NCBI GenBank assembly: GCA_964645535.1
Contig: CAZYCQ010000010.1
Location: 1-64,000 of the forward strand
Direction of reading: 5' to 3'
DNA: 64,000 bases
Source of the DNA: an uncultured archaeon
GTDB taxonomy: Archaea; Asgardarchaeota; Heimdallarchaeia; Heimdallarchaeales; Kariarchaeaceae
Shown here: one piece after another, positions 19,753 to 29,066 of the stretch
Numbering within the stretch: position 1 is the first letter of the stretch
Layout of the letters: each line of letters begins with the position of its first letter
Notes under the pieces: generated by a model
The model's database searches: none
Told to the model about the DNA's origin: nothing
Seen by the model: only the letters and a program-made list of their open reading frames with translations
Position numbers and translations under genes: made by a program

Positions 19753-20532
19753 TTAAGAATGAAGGTTGTGGGCAATTTTGAGAACGTTTTCCTTGAATTC
19801 AGTCATGAGTTCGATAATTCCCGAATCGATATGCACCAATTGACCTGTTCTTAATGCGAGATCCAGACGATCAGTATAGTCTTTCCGTAAATTTGAAAGC
19901 AGTTCAAGGATGGGTTCATCAAGTGCATCGGCATCCCCTTCGCCCAATGCTGCAAAAATCAGTCCATCATGGTCTTTTACATAGAGGAATTCCCCTTCCA
20001 ATTCTATTTTTCTTACTTTGTTATGGAGAGCTTCTTCCATGATTGAAAATATTGCCGTAATCGCTCCTGAAAGCAAAACCTCATTCAATGTACTGAAAGC
20101 GCTTTCCGGATCTGTCAGGTAATCTGCGGTATAGTCGAAGGTCATTACGGGTGAACCTGAAGAAGTCAGAATTAAAACTTGATTGATTGTAAAGGGATCT
20201 TGCAAGGTGTGTTGCTCTTGGGGGACTACGATAGAAGGCGTATCTTGGACAGAGCCGGGAGGCAGGGGAAGATCGACTTCGTTTTCATCTTCGGGATAGT
20301 CAACTTTTGGAGGTATATCTCCCTTGATCTTTGCTTTCATTTTTCTTGCATGGTCGATCAACATTTGTGCTATGTTTCTTAATCGTTCCTTATCCTCACC
20401 AAATGCACTTTTAGCCAACTCAACAGCATATGTTGCCGCATCAAGATAACAGTTCTTTGCCTTCTTCAGTTCCCCCATTTGTTCATATTTCCGTCCTTCA
20501 CGGAATACCTCCACAACAAGATCCACATCCAT
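19753..20532 (-). CDS. MIT domain + longin-like domain fusion
   Basis: N-terminal three-helix A.NCYLDA...L......KERLR.....LIDHA; linker VDLPLPP; C-terminal VLILTSSGSPV...LLSGAITAI...IELEG. Confidence 0.7.
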   Translation of the reverse strand: MDVDLVVEVFREGRKYEQMGELKKAKNCYLDAATYAVELAKSAFGEDKERLRNIAQMLIDHARKMKAKIKGDIPPKVDYPEDENEVDLPLPPGSVQDTPSIVVPQEQHTLQDPFTINQVLILTSSGSPVMTFDYTADYLTDPESAFSTLNEVLLSGAITAIFSIMEEALHNKVRKIELEGEFLYVKDHDGLIFAALGEGDADALDEPILELLSNLRKDYTDRLDLALRTGQLVHIDSGIIELMTEFKENVLKIAHNLHS

Positions 20533-20690
20533 CTACTAATCCACCTGTTCCATGATGGTATATGATTTTGTGGTTAAAAACAGTTTTCTATCAACCTGAA
20601 ATCTGATTTATCTAATTGGAACGACAATAATGAAAAGATGAGGCAATCCTAATCTCAATGTTTTTTATGATTGGAAAGTGGTTGACTTAA

Positions 20691-21632
20691 ATGGGTTACA
20701 GCAAGATTGAAGGTTATCTGTTTATGGCCATAACTGTCATTAGTTGGGGCTTTTCGACAATCTTCATCGAACAAGGTCTTGAATTTGTCTCGCCGATATG
20801 GTTTCTTGCTTGGAGATTTCTTGTTTCAACAATTTTGATAACTCCGATTATCATGGGATCCCGATTTTCAGTAGCCATTTCACTGCTCCGCAATAGGCTT
20901 GTGTGGTTGATTGCTGCATCGGAAACAGCGGGACTTCTCTTCCAATATTTCGGTCAAAAATTTGGCGCATCTCCGGCTATCTCTTCTCTTATTTCCTTGA
21001 CTTTCCTTGTCATTGTTCCTTTCCTTTCACTGTTTCTGCTTCAGGAAAAAATCTACCCCTTTCATATTCTTTCAATTCTGCTTGGAATGATCGGCGTATT
21101 CACCATTCAGACAGAATGGCAGTTTGATCAGCTTAATCCATTGCAAGAATCCCAGATTGCAATTACCCTCCTCTTTCTTTCTGCGCTTTCCTATGCGTTC
21201 TATGTTGTATTAACCTCAAGGTTAACCACAATTGAATCCAAGGATGTTGATACGACGGTACTATTTTACGTTGTTCTATTCATCATTTCAATTCTGACTG
21301 TCCTTGCCGGTTTGGTTGCAGAGCCAAAGACTATTTTTCCTTCTGAGAAGGGTTGGATTTGGATACTCTCCCTTGCCTTGATTTCAACGATAATTGCATT
21401 TTTTACATATTTCAAAGCTCTAACCGTTATTTCTGCAAATGAGGCGAGTGTATTGCTTCTTTTGCAAATTGTGGTTCCGTTTTTTTATGAACTGGTGATA
21501 GAGCGAACCAGCTACTCACAAGCAAAATGGATGGGAATCATTCCGATTATTGTTGCAATGGTAGTTGTTGTACAAGGTTCAAACAGGATTGTCATGTCAA
21601 CAGAACAACATCCCGTTGAGGGAGCTCCTTGA
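20691..21632 (+). CDS. EamA/DMT family transporter
   Basis: ISWG, LAWRF, LLQEK, about 10 TM. Confidence 0.92.
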   Translation: MGYSKIEGYLFMAITVISWGFSTIFIEQGLEFVSPIWFLAWRFLVSTILITPIIMGSRFSVAISLLRNRLVWLIAASETAGLLFQYFGQKFGASPAISSLISLTFLVIVPFLSLFLLQEKIYPFHILSILLGMIGVFTIQTEWQFDQLNPLQESQIAITLLFLSALSYAFYVVLTSRLTTIESKDVDTTVLFYVVLFIISILTVLAGLVAEPKTIFPSEKGWIWILSLALISTIIAFFTYFKALTVISANEASVLLLLQIVVPFFYELVIERTSYSQAKWMGIIPIIVAMVVVVQGSNRIVMSTEQHPVEGAP

Positions 21633-22707
21633 AGGTTTCCAAAATGTTGTAGAGGGTGTCTCTTCTTGCAGGTATCCTCTCTGCATCCAGAATGAATCTT
21701 ATGAATTCTTCCTCTGGTTGATACACCCCATGTGAGGCTCCTGCAAAACGGGATATTCGTTCCTCGAACAAGGTTCCTCCGATATCATTCACCCCTGCTG
21801 TCAATGCAAATGTCGCAAATTTCATGCCGGTTTTGACCCATGATGATTGGAGATTGGGAATGACATCTCCCATGTAGATTCTTGATGCAGCAAGCAGTGC
21901 GAGATCTTCCATTCCCGTGGAACCTGCTCTTGCCTTTCCAGTCTGGTAGAGTCGAGTTTTTTGATGGATGAATGGAAGCGGGATGAATTCTGTAAAACCT
22001 CCTGTTTCCTCCTGTATTCCTCGGATGATTTGTAAATGGGTAGCAATCTCCTCTACCGTTTCAACATGTCCGTACATTATGGTTGCAGTTGACTTCAGAC
22101 CCGATGAATGAGCAGTCATAATGATTTCAATCCATTCATCAACCGTAAGTTTGTTCGGACAGATTATTTCTCTCACTCTTGGAACTAGGATTTCTGCGGC
22201 GGTACCACACAATGTTTTCAATCCAGCATTTTTCAGCTCTTGGATGATGGTATCATAGCTTTCCTCTTCCTTTTGGGCAAGATAATGGATCTCAAAAGGA
22301 GAAAACGCATGGATATGGACGTTTGGTGCAAATTCTGAAAATGTTCTCAGGACATACCGATAGTATTCCAGATCTGATTTTGGATCGATTCCAGCAGTTG
22401 AACAGATCTCACTCACTTGTCGAAGATGTGCATTCCTTGCCTGTTCAACCAATTCTTTCTCATCCATCCGGTAGGCATGATCAGATCCCTCATGTGCTGC
22501 AAAAGCACAGAATTTACATCCCACATAACATATGTTACTGAAATTGATATTCTGATTCCGAATGAATGTTACAGTGTCTCCTACCTGTTCTTCCCTGATT
22601 TGATCCGCTTCCATCATCATGGCAAGTAGATTCCGTCCCCTAAGTTTCAATCTACTTACCAATTGGTTTTGGACATCTTCACGTACAAATTCCTGCCATT
22701 GCACCAT
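21592..22707 (-). CDS. cofH: Radical SAM enzyme of the CofH/MqnC family, most like FO synthase subunit CofH
   Basis: NQNINFSNICYVGCKFC, HIHAFSPFE, GTAAEIL, STATIMYGHVET, TGGFTEFIPLPF, GVNDIGGTLFEE.ISR.AG. Confidence 0.8.
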   Translation of the reverse strand: MVQWQEFVREDVQNQLVSRLKLRGRNLLAMMMEADQIREEQVGDTVTFIRNQNINFSNICYVGCKFCAFAAHEGSDHAYRMDEKELVEQARNAHLRQVSEICSTAGIDPKSDLEYYRYVLRTFSEFAPNVHIHAFSPFEIHYLAQKEEESYDTIIQELKNAGLKTLCGTAAEILVPRVREIICPNKLTVDEWIEIIMTAHSSGLKSTATIMYGHVETVEEIATHLQIIRGIQEETGGFTEFIPLPFIHQKTRLYQTGKARAGSTGMEDLALLAASRIYMGDVIPNLQSSWVKTGMKFATFALTAGVNDIGGTLFEERISRFAGASHGVYQPEEEFIRFILDAERIPARRDTLYNILETFKELPQRDVVLLT

Positions 22708-22772
22708 GAATTGCTTTACTTTTTGTCTTCTTTAAAACATTTATCTTGAAGAAAAAATTGGAAGAAGAATAA

Positions 22773-22827
22773 GGCCAGCGACTCACAGCTAATCATCGAA
22801 CAATCTCATGCTGCTTAAGAACTGGCC
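22773..22827 (-). ncRNA. Candidate small structured RNA (55 nt)
   Basis: Terminal stem GGCCAG/CTGGCC, inner CAGC/GCTG, ATGA...GATGA K-loop-like motifs; TTTAAA 22 nt upstream; U-rich tract downstream. Confidence 0.4.
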
Positions 22828-22884
22828 AAAATATATAGGATTTCAAAATTTAAAGATTTGACCATTAATACCCTTTTATAGTGC

Positions 22885-25800
22885 CTACATTTCCTTTGCA
22901 GGTTCTTCCTCTTCAGGTTGGGGTTCTGGAGGCGAAATTGCATGCTCTGGAGTATCTTTAGGTTTTTCATTGTCCTTTACGTCTCTACCACAATTTGGAC
23001 AGACCGGAACTCTTGAGCTGATGACTTCATCACAGAATGGACATTTTCTAGTAATTCCGATTACCTGCAAGGAGAAACCACCCAAGAATTCAATTCCTTT
23101 TGCGATGGCCAGCGCGCTAAGGACTGAGAACAATGAGATTGCTACATCTTCAACTGTCGAGGACTCAATGACAATATTCCTTGCGGTAATTACTGGTCTA
23201 TGAATTTCAGGGACTTGAGCAAGACTCAGTCCAGGATTATTCGTATCGATTTCTACGGTGGAGGTTATCCCGTCTTTTTCTGCAATTATCAGCAATGTGT
23301 AATTGCCCGCTGGAAGACTGCTGACATCAACACTGAAGGTATATGGTGATAGATGCTTTTCAGCGGCATTCAATGGAACGATATCATTGATTTTTGGATC
23401 ACTCCAAGTAATCGAGACAAATGCATTAACAACTCTTGAGAAGATATCGCTAACTGCAACCTCTACGTCAATAGGGGGTATGCTCTGCTCAATGATATTG
23501 GCTTCCTTTACACTAAGTTGGACAGGGTTTGCAGTAATTACCAAAGAGTTGGGCAGGATGGTCAATGTTCTTTCAATAGTCCTGACAGGATATAATGAGG
23601 AATTCAGGGTCATTTCAATGGTCACATTGATTGTTTCAAGATTATTTGTATTCCTGCCTTGATTGGCAATAATTGCTAGATTGCTAAGCGCAAAAAGTTC
23701 CTGATCCCTAAAGCTTATTGTCGCTTCTCCATCCAGGTCTGTAAATACTGTATTCTTGATTTCTGGAATTTCTTTTACCCTATAGCTTATTGAAGCATCT
23801 TTAATCGGGTTTTGATTCTGATCTAAGGCTGTTACGGAGAACGTGAAGGTTTCAGTTGTTCCTTGGGTAATTTCAAGATTTGTTGGTGAAACCCGCATAT
23901 TGACCCGATTTAAAAGCACACGAACAGGAACAACAAGAATACGGCTTTCAAGATTAAATGCACCTGAATTTGTGATGTTGAGATAGAGGAAGATTTCCTT
24001 GAATGGTGGGATTGGATCCTGACTGTAAAGCTCCGTAAGGTTGACCAACCCATCATCACTCAAATCCTTGACTGAGAAGGTCAATTCGAGTTTTCCAGAA
24101 GTGTCCGTTCTTCCTGATCGAATATACTTCTGGTCGAACTTGGGAATTGAATCGTCAAATGGGAGTCCCAATGATCCAGAGACTTGTAAAGAGCTTAAAA
24201 CATCCCCTTTCTCATCAATGAAGGTTAGATCAGTCGCATAAGTTGAATCAGTTATTGAGAAAGCTTCAATTCCAAATTCTGTTCGAGCTACTCCTAAAGC
24301 TCTTGACTGAACTGTCTGTGACAACAGAACCAAACCTTCTGTTGAAAGTTCAATTTGCACATCATAAACACCTCGTTCAGTAATTTCATAAGTGAATGGA
24401 ATATAGAGGGTATCTTGTGCATTGAACGAATCTAGAAGAACCGTTTCTGTCTTTACATAATCGAATTTAGGAATGGTGACCTTTATATCAAAGGTAAAGG
24501 GTTTAAAGGGATCCCACCAAATCCAAGTTCCATCAGTGACAAACTGACTCAGACCTAGCGTGATTTGTCCTTCATCACCCACTAAAAGGTCTGGTTGTTC
24601 AATTGCAACCATTTCTACAGGAAACATATCTGCAAGAACGGCTTCAATGAAGGTATTTGCCAAGAAGATGTTTTTGTCGACTTGGTTATTGTCCACGATA
24701 AACTTCTTTCCTTGATCATCCCAATAACCGAAATAGAAATGTTCTCGTTCATCAAAAAATCTTTCATGAAGGGCATCAAGACCTAGAAGGGATCGGATCT
24801 TCCAACTTCGAGTGATGGCGGCTCCGGAATTTCCGGGATTGTAAGTTTCCCAATTGACAGCAATCCTGTTCATGGCGAAAATTGCTGCCACGTTGTCTAT
24901 ATTTCTAATGGCTTTTTCATTGAGGGAACTGTCCTTTGAATTTACTTTTGAATAAAGAAGGAAGGAATCTCCATTATCTTCCGAAAAAATTCGAAGGATA
25001 TTCTCCATCAGTTGACTTGCCACTTGGAGAACTTCTTCAGGTCCCTTATTGAGTGCTGTTGAAAATGCTGTTTGCTTGGCATAGGTATTCAGATGTGAAA
25101 CAAGGAAACTATTTCCTATCAAATCTATTTCATCGGATGGTCCTCCTGAAGTGGCGTTGTAGTAGCTTGCAAAGATTCCTGCATGATTTAATGTCTTCCC
25201 GGCAACTGACGTGACATTCATGTTGGTGATCAAGTAAGACACAAGATCTTCCATTTCATTTGCTGGACTAAATTGGAAAATCGGAAATAATTGTGCCCAA
25301 TAGAAGTTTTCTGCAAGCAATGCATAACTCTCCAAAGAATTAATGGGTGAAACGGTCAAGCTGGCATAATCGGATGCGTCAAACACGTCTGTATTTGCAT
25401 CTTCATTGTATCCAGTAATCTCCAGACGCTCTGTATAATTACCTTGCGATTGCTTGAACATAGCCACAATTCTTTCATTTATTTTTACGATAAACTGGGT
25501 GATTTGTGATAGATCAAAGTTCAAAGACGCTGATCCGCTTTTTCCAGCAAAATATTGGATTTCATTAAGCGCAATAAGCATATACACATTATCAGAGAGG
25601 TACGTAACAAAATTGTTCAATCCCGGATTGGACTCATTCGGTCGATAATAGAACAGTCCGTTGGTTGGCTCCAGCATTGTATTGTTTGCCAGTTTAAAAA
25701 TTTCATAGGCCAAGTTGACATATCTGGCCAAAGTCTGTTGCATTTGAGTAATGTCTGGATTGTTGACTTTTGCCAATGTTTCAGAGGTTTTAAGCAATCC

Positions 25801-26568
25801 ATAGACAGAAAGACCAATAACTTTTGCAAAATCTGGATCATTTTGGTCTAATAGACCTAAATTCACTGTTGCAGTATCAAGATCAATGAAATTCGAAGAA
25901 GAAAGATAATCCTGAACTGCAAAGATCAGGTTAATCGGATCGGATTGAAAAGTGCTTGTTTTTTCATTGCTCCTGACAGCCCCTGCCTTAAAATGCTGAA
26001 TGGTAACATTCAAGCTGACGAACTCGCCAGGTCCAAATTCAAAATCCACAAGATCAGTTGCATAAACTACAACAAAATGGTCACCTGTTTTATCGGCAGG
26101 ATAATCGGTTGTCATGGGTAAGTCAAATTCTGAAGTACTTTTGAAGTCTACCCAATCTTCATATCCTGATCCTTGATAGACATCCATGGCGACCTCATAT
26201 TGGTTTTCATCAACAGTGGTTCCAGTAGCTGCATTGACTGTCACACTTACTGGAGATGTTTCATTGATATTGTATTTGAAGAAGATAAAAGAGAATGAAC
26301 TATTCAGTTGAAACTCCCGTGTTCCTCTTCTAACATTGCCTTCCTTCACCATAGGAATTGATATTGCATCGGAAAAATCAGTCCCTGAAGCTAAAGAGAT
26401 GTCTTCTTTTTGAGGATGAGTATTATCAATTCTTTGGGTAGAAGATATTTCACCCAATGGCTGGTCGACAATCCGTATTGTTTTGATCTGACTTTCAACA
26501 GGGCTGAAAGACAACAACATCAAAAGAATGATCGGAATTGCAAAATAGAACCGGTTTCGATCTTGCAT
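22885..26568 (-). CDS. Large single-pass cell-surface protein (helical toroid-like and Ig-like domains, TM, cytoplasmic double zinc ribbon)
   Basis: Signal peptide after MQDRNR; beta-rich repeats (DQNQNPIKDASI); C-terminal TM then CPFC-x10-CPNC; many N-x-S/T. Confidence 0.8.
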   Translation of the reverse strand: MQDRNRFYFAIPIILLMLLSFSPVESQIKTIRIVDQPLGEISSTQRIDNTHPQKEDISLASGTDFSDAISIPMVKEGNVRRGTREFQLNSSFSFIFFKYNINETSPVSVTVNAATGTTVDENQYEVAMDVYQGSGYEDWVDFKSTSEFDLPMTTDYPADKTGDHFVVVYATDLVDFEFGPGEFVSLNVTIQHFKAGAVRSNEKTSTFQSDPINLIFAVQDYLSSSNFIDLDTATVNLGLLDQNDPDFAKVIGLSVYGLLKTSETLAKVNNPDITQMQQTLARYVNLAYEIFKLANNTMLEPTNGLFYYRPNESNPGLNNFVTYLSDNVYMLIALNEIQYFAGKSGSASLNFDLSQITQFIVKINERIVAMFKQSQGNYTERLEITGYNEDANTDVFDASDYASLTVSPINSLESYALLAENFYWAQLFPIFQFSPANEMEDLVSYLITNMNVTSVAGKTLNHAGIFASYYNATSGGPSDEIDLIGNSFLVSHLNTYAKQTAFSTALNKGPEEVLQVASQLMENILRIFSEDNGDSFLLYSKVNSKDSSLNEKAIRNIDNVAAIFAMNRIAVNWETYNPGNSGAAITRSWKIRSLLGLDALHERFFDEREHFYFGYWDDQGKKFIVDNNQVDKNIFLANTFIEAVLADMFPVEMVAIEQPDLLVGDEGQITLGLSQFVTDGTWIWWDPFKPFTFDIKVTIPKFDYVKTETVLLDSFNAQDTLYIPFTYEITERGVYDVQIELSTEGLVLLSQTVQSRALGVARTEFGIEAFSITDSTYATDLTFIDEKGDVLSSLQVSGSLGLPFDDSIPKFDQKYIRSGRTDTSGKLELTFSVKDLSDDGLVNLTELYSQDPIPPFKEIFLYLNITNSGAFNLESRILVVPVRVLLNRVNMRVSPTNLEITQGTTETFTFSVTALDQNQNPIKDASISYRVKEIPEIKNTVFTDLDGEATISFRDQELFALSNLAIIANQGRNTNNLETINVTIEMTLNSSLYPVRTIERTLTILPNSLVITANPVQLSVKEANIIEQSIPPIDVEVAVSDIFSRVVNAFVSITWSDPKINDIVPLNAAEKHLSPYTFSVDVSSLPAGNYTLLIIAEKDGITSTVEIDTNNPGLSLAQVPEIHRPVITARNIVIESSTVEDVAISLFSVLSALAIAKGIEFLGGFSLQVIGITRKCPFCDEVISSRVPVCPNCGRDVKDNEKPKDTPEHAISPPEPQPEEEEPAKEM

Positions 26569-26785
26569 TAAGCAATAGTCCTTTCCCTCCAAAAAAATAT
26601 ATCGAGATGGCAAAGAGTAAATGCGAATTTATTATTGTTTTTACGTAAAGCAATTCTCCATGCTTTTTTTCAATGATATAATTTCCAAGAATTCATTGCG
26701 GTTTTACCAGTATTGGATATTCAATCTTTGAGATATTTCAACAGGAAAAACAATAATTCTTTAACCAGAAGAACAACGAAAACAT

Positions 26786-27649
26786 ATGGATGCTTCGAAG
26801 ATTGGGATCCTAATTGATTCTGCCTTAGATGTTGACAAATCATTCAGGTTGCAAAACAATGTGAAAGTCGTCCCTGTCTATGTAAATTTTGGTGAGAAAT
26901 CTTACAAGGATCGGGTTGATCTATCGATTGCTCGGTTCTTCGATATGATTGACTCCTCAAAAAATTGGCCTACTACAAGTCAACCCCCTCCTTCTGATTT
27001 TTACCAAGCGTATAAGGAACTTTCCGAAACCACAAAAGAAATCTATTCATTCCATGTCAGCAGTAAACTTTCTGGAACCATACAGTCTGCAAGAATTGCA
27101 AGTGAGGAATTCATGGATGATCATCCTGACGTTTCGATAACAATAATAGATACCCTTTCGGTATCAATTGGCGGGCAAATCATTATCGAAAAATTTCTTC
27201 AACTCTATCAGGAATCCAAAACAACTGAAGAGATATGGGAACCTTTGGATCAATTCATACATGACCTTAAGGTTTTTCTCTCCCTCTATACCTTGAAATA
27301 CCTTGTAAAAGGAGGACGACTGAAGAAATCCCAATCGTTTATTGCCAACCTTTTCAATATCAAGCCAGTCCTTGTCTTGGAAGATGGAGAATTGAAACCA
27401 TTTGTCAAAACCAGGGGATACAAGGCATGTGTTGAAAAAGGAATTGAACTTGCATTTCAAAACAGGTCACCTGATGAACAATTCAAATTTGTCATTGCGG
27501 TTATCAAAGATCAGGAATATGCACGTGAATTGAAAATGGAACTAGAAAACAGATATCCGAAAGCAGAAGGTACAATCATCTCAATAGGACCTGCCTTAGC
27601 AGTCCATGCGGGGCCACGTGCGGTTTGTTGTGTGGCTTACAATGTCTAA
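26786..27649 (+). CDS. DegV/FakB fatty-acid-binding protein
   Basis: IDSALD, PTTSQP, SSKLSGT, YLVKGGR, IKPVL, VHAGP. Confidence 0.95.
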   Translation: MDASKIGILIDSALDVDKSFRLQNNVKVVPVYVNFGEKSYKDRVDLSIARFFDMIDSSKNWPTTSQPPPSDFYQAYKELSETTKEIYSFHVSSKLSGTIQSARIASEEFMDDHPDVSITIIDTLSVSIGGQIIIEKFLQLYQESKTTEEIWEPLDQFIHDLKVFLSLYTLKYLVKGGRLKKSQSFIANLFNIKPVLVLEDGELKPFVKTRGYKACVEKGIELAFQNRSPDEQFKFVIAVIKDQEYARELKMELENRYPKAEGTIISIGPALAVHAGPRAVCCVAYNV

Positions 27650-29019
27650 AAAGGAAAATTATCAACCAAATCCTTGAGAGTAATTACACCGATAATCTCA
27701 TCTGCCTTTGAGACAAGAACAACTCCTGATTCCACTACTTTTCTTTTTAAGGCAGCTAGGCTACTTCGATAATCGATTTTCGGAACAAGTTTAAGAGGAA
27801 GTTCATTTACCCTGATATGTGTCGCGTCATCCATATCCATGAGAAATCTCTTGAAAACATCTCTTCGATCCAAGGCAAAATATAGCTGATTATGCTTTAT
27901 AATTACTTGAGTTATGCTTTCAAACTTGCGGAATTTTTCGACAACCTCGCTAAGACTTGCACTCCAATTGACAATAATTGGATTTTGAAGAACAGGAGAT
28001 TTACTATTGAGGATTTCCTCAATGGATTTTGGTGGAGGCAAAAACCCGTTTCTTCTCATCCATGCATCATTGAAGATTTTTGTCAGGTATCTTTCTCCTG
28101 TATCGGGAAGCAAGACGACAACAAAAGACCCTGCTGGAAATTCATCAGTGAGCTTGCTGACTCCTGCAACCGCAAGCCCTGATGACCCTCCAACCATCAA
28201 CCCCTCTTCTCGTGCCAATTTCCGTGTCCATTCGAAAGCTTCTGCATCATTCACTTTTACAAACTTGTCGATTACCTCAAAATGTACATTTGTCGGGATG
28301 ATATCCTCTCCTACCCCTTCCACTTTGTAGCTATGGGCTTGGATATCGGTATTTCTATGTTCATGGTAATGAGCCAAGATTGACCCAACAGGATCAACTC
28401 CAATTACTTTGATATCTGGATTCTTCTCCTTGAGAAATCGACCAGTCCCACTGATTGTTCCTCCTGTTCCGACTCCTGCAATGAAGTGGGTTATTTTTCC
28501 ATCGGTCTGTTTCCAGATTTCTGGACCAGTTTGCTTGTAATGAGCAGAGGCATTGTTTTCATTCCAATACTGTTGGGCATAGAAACTATTGGGAATCTCC
28601 TCTGCAAGACGTTGAGCTATTGAATAATAAGATCGGGGATCATCAGGTTCCACTTCTGTCGGAGTGACGATAACTTGACATCCCATTGCCTTAAGTAGAT
28701 CGATCTTTTGTGGACTCATCTTGTCAGGCATGACAAGGATTACCTTGTAACCTTTTACAATCCCTGTCAGAGCAAGGGCAAGTCCGGTATTTCCGGAGGT
28801 AGCTTCAATGATTGTTCCTCCGGGTTTGAGGATTCCCTTTCTTTCCGCATCCTCAATCATTGGAAGAGCGATCCTGTCTTTGCTGGAATGACCTGGATTG
28901 AAGAATTCCACTTTTGCATAAATTTGAACTTCTTCGGTTGAAAGAGTTCGTAATTTCACCAAAGGGGTATTCCCCACAGTCTCAATTATGGAATCAAAAA
29001 CTTGTTGCACATGACTCAA
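27646..29019 (-). CDS. cbs: Cystathionine beta-synthase with degenerate C-terminal CBS domains
   Basis: GNTPLV, KVEFFNPGHSSKDR, EATSGNTG, PDKMS..K, GVGTGGT, YKVEGVG, YLTKIFNDAWM. Confidence 0.9.
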   Translation of the reverse strand: MSHVQQVFDSIIETVGNTPLVKLRTLSTEEVQIYAKVEFFNPGHSSKDRIALPMIEDAERKGILKPGGTIIEATSGNTGLALALTGIVKGYKVILVMPDKMSPQKIDLLKAMGCQVIVTPTEVEPDDPRSYYSIAQRLAEEIPNSFYAQQYWNENNASAHYKQTGPEIWKQTDGKITHFIAGVGTGGTISGTGRFLKEKNPDIKVIGVDPVGSILAHYHEHRNTDIQAHSYKVEGVGEDIIPTNVHFEVIDKFVKVNDAEAFEWTRKLAREEGLMVGGSSGLAVAGVSKLTDEFPAGSFVVVLLPDTGERYLTKIFNDAWMRRNGFLPPPKSIEEILNSKSPVLQNPIIVNWSASLSEVVEKFRKFESITQVIIKHNQLYFALDRRDVFKRFLMDMDDATHIRVNELPLKLVPKIDYRSSLAALKRKVVESGVVLVSKADEIIGVITLKDLVDNFPF

Positions 29020-29066
29020 AACAATGCATATTTATTAACAACTTTCATTATCCCAATTGTCTTACT

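Noticed and set aside
22773-22827. Eukaryote-like SECIS element
   Set aside because: Stem after AUGA is too short, no apical AA, and no in-frame UGA in the upstream gene
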